A DNA stretch of 64,000 bases, from positions 251,968,001 through 252,032,000 of the forward strand of contig OZ024743.1 of NCBI GenBank assembly GCA_964016885.1, written 5' to 3'. Source of the stretch: Eledone cirrhosa. Its lineage: Eukaryota. Positions 63,346 to 64,000 of the stretch are shown piece by piece; the stretch's first letter is position 1; each line of letters starts with the position of its first letter. The notes under the pieces were generated by a model. The model saw only the letters and a program-made list of their open reading frames with translations. It had not been told where the DNA came from and did not search any database. A program made the position numbers and the translations under genes.

Positions 63346-63529
63346 ATACATAAACCAATAAAACAAAATTTTCAGCAAACAATTTCTGCTTTCACCTCTT
63401 GCAGAATGTTCTGAAACTGAGAAATATCAATCCGCGATTATAAATGTAAATACTAGAAAAAAAATTTCGACCAACTAGTGTTTTTAAAATTAGAAAGACA
63501 TAATGGTAACATATGAACACATTCTCTTC

Positions 63530-64000
63530 AGATATAGCAAAATATATGCAAGGAGATTTTCTTTTTAGAATAACCGCATATTTTTCTGCTACCCTCTATG
63601 CAAAATGTTAATATAAGTAATGTTATTAAAGATTACTTGTTAGGTATTTCCCCTGAGCAGATAAATATTATGAGAATTTTAATAGAAGTGTGGTTAAAAT
63701 ATCCTATTTCACAACTCCTAACCTCACACACAACATCACTGCATCTAACTTAGCTAAATTACCTAACCATAGTAATATAGAAAACTCTGAATTTATTTCT
63801 AGCTGTAAAAGCATCTATAGGGACTACTGCCTTTTAACTGGGAAATGCATATTGTGCAATATACTGTATAAATAAGGCTTACATATAGTTAACAGCCAAT
63901 AGATGCAAGCAGTGTTTGTTGTACATGCACTCCCAATCATTTCAAACTCCTTTAAGAAGGAATATGATTTCGATTTTGGACTATATCAGGACTAAAGTGC
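63530..64000 (+). mobile_element. Decayed PLE fragment (linker + start of GIY-YIG)
   Basis: KYYENFNRSVVKISYFTTPNL...SCK...YCLLTGKCILCNILY is homologous to 49845-50310. Confidence 0.6.

Overview
AT-rich, microsatellite-dense eukaryotic DNA made almost entirely of transposable elements. I found no host protein-coding exon I can support. The repeat landscape looks like a coleoid cephalopod (Octopus-like) genome, which is an inference. Non-LTR retroelements: several RTE LINE families (one with an uninterrupted 1022-aa APE-RT ORF carrying a C4HC3 PHD-like insertion but a YADD->YAVD catalytic mutation), two Tx1/L1-clade LINEs, an R4/Dong-like and a CRE-like restriction-like-endonuclease LINE fragment, and at least five Penelope-like element (PLE) pieces. 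Other elements: a Ty3/Gypsy pol remnant, mariner and Tc1 remnants, two Helitron ends or derivatives, many tRNA-derived SINEs and RTE-derived bipartite elements. The most notable hidden layer is RNA structure. More than a dozen hammerhead-ribozyme (HHR) motifs occur, including intact U3-A8 core variants in PLE terminal repeats and a degenerate full-size type III HHR apparently in the 3' UTR of the R4/Dong-like LINE. A pseudoknot-like module is shared between the 5' UTR of one RTE family and the 3' UTR of another. Foldback or inverted duplications recur, some centred on (TA)n tracts.
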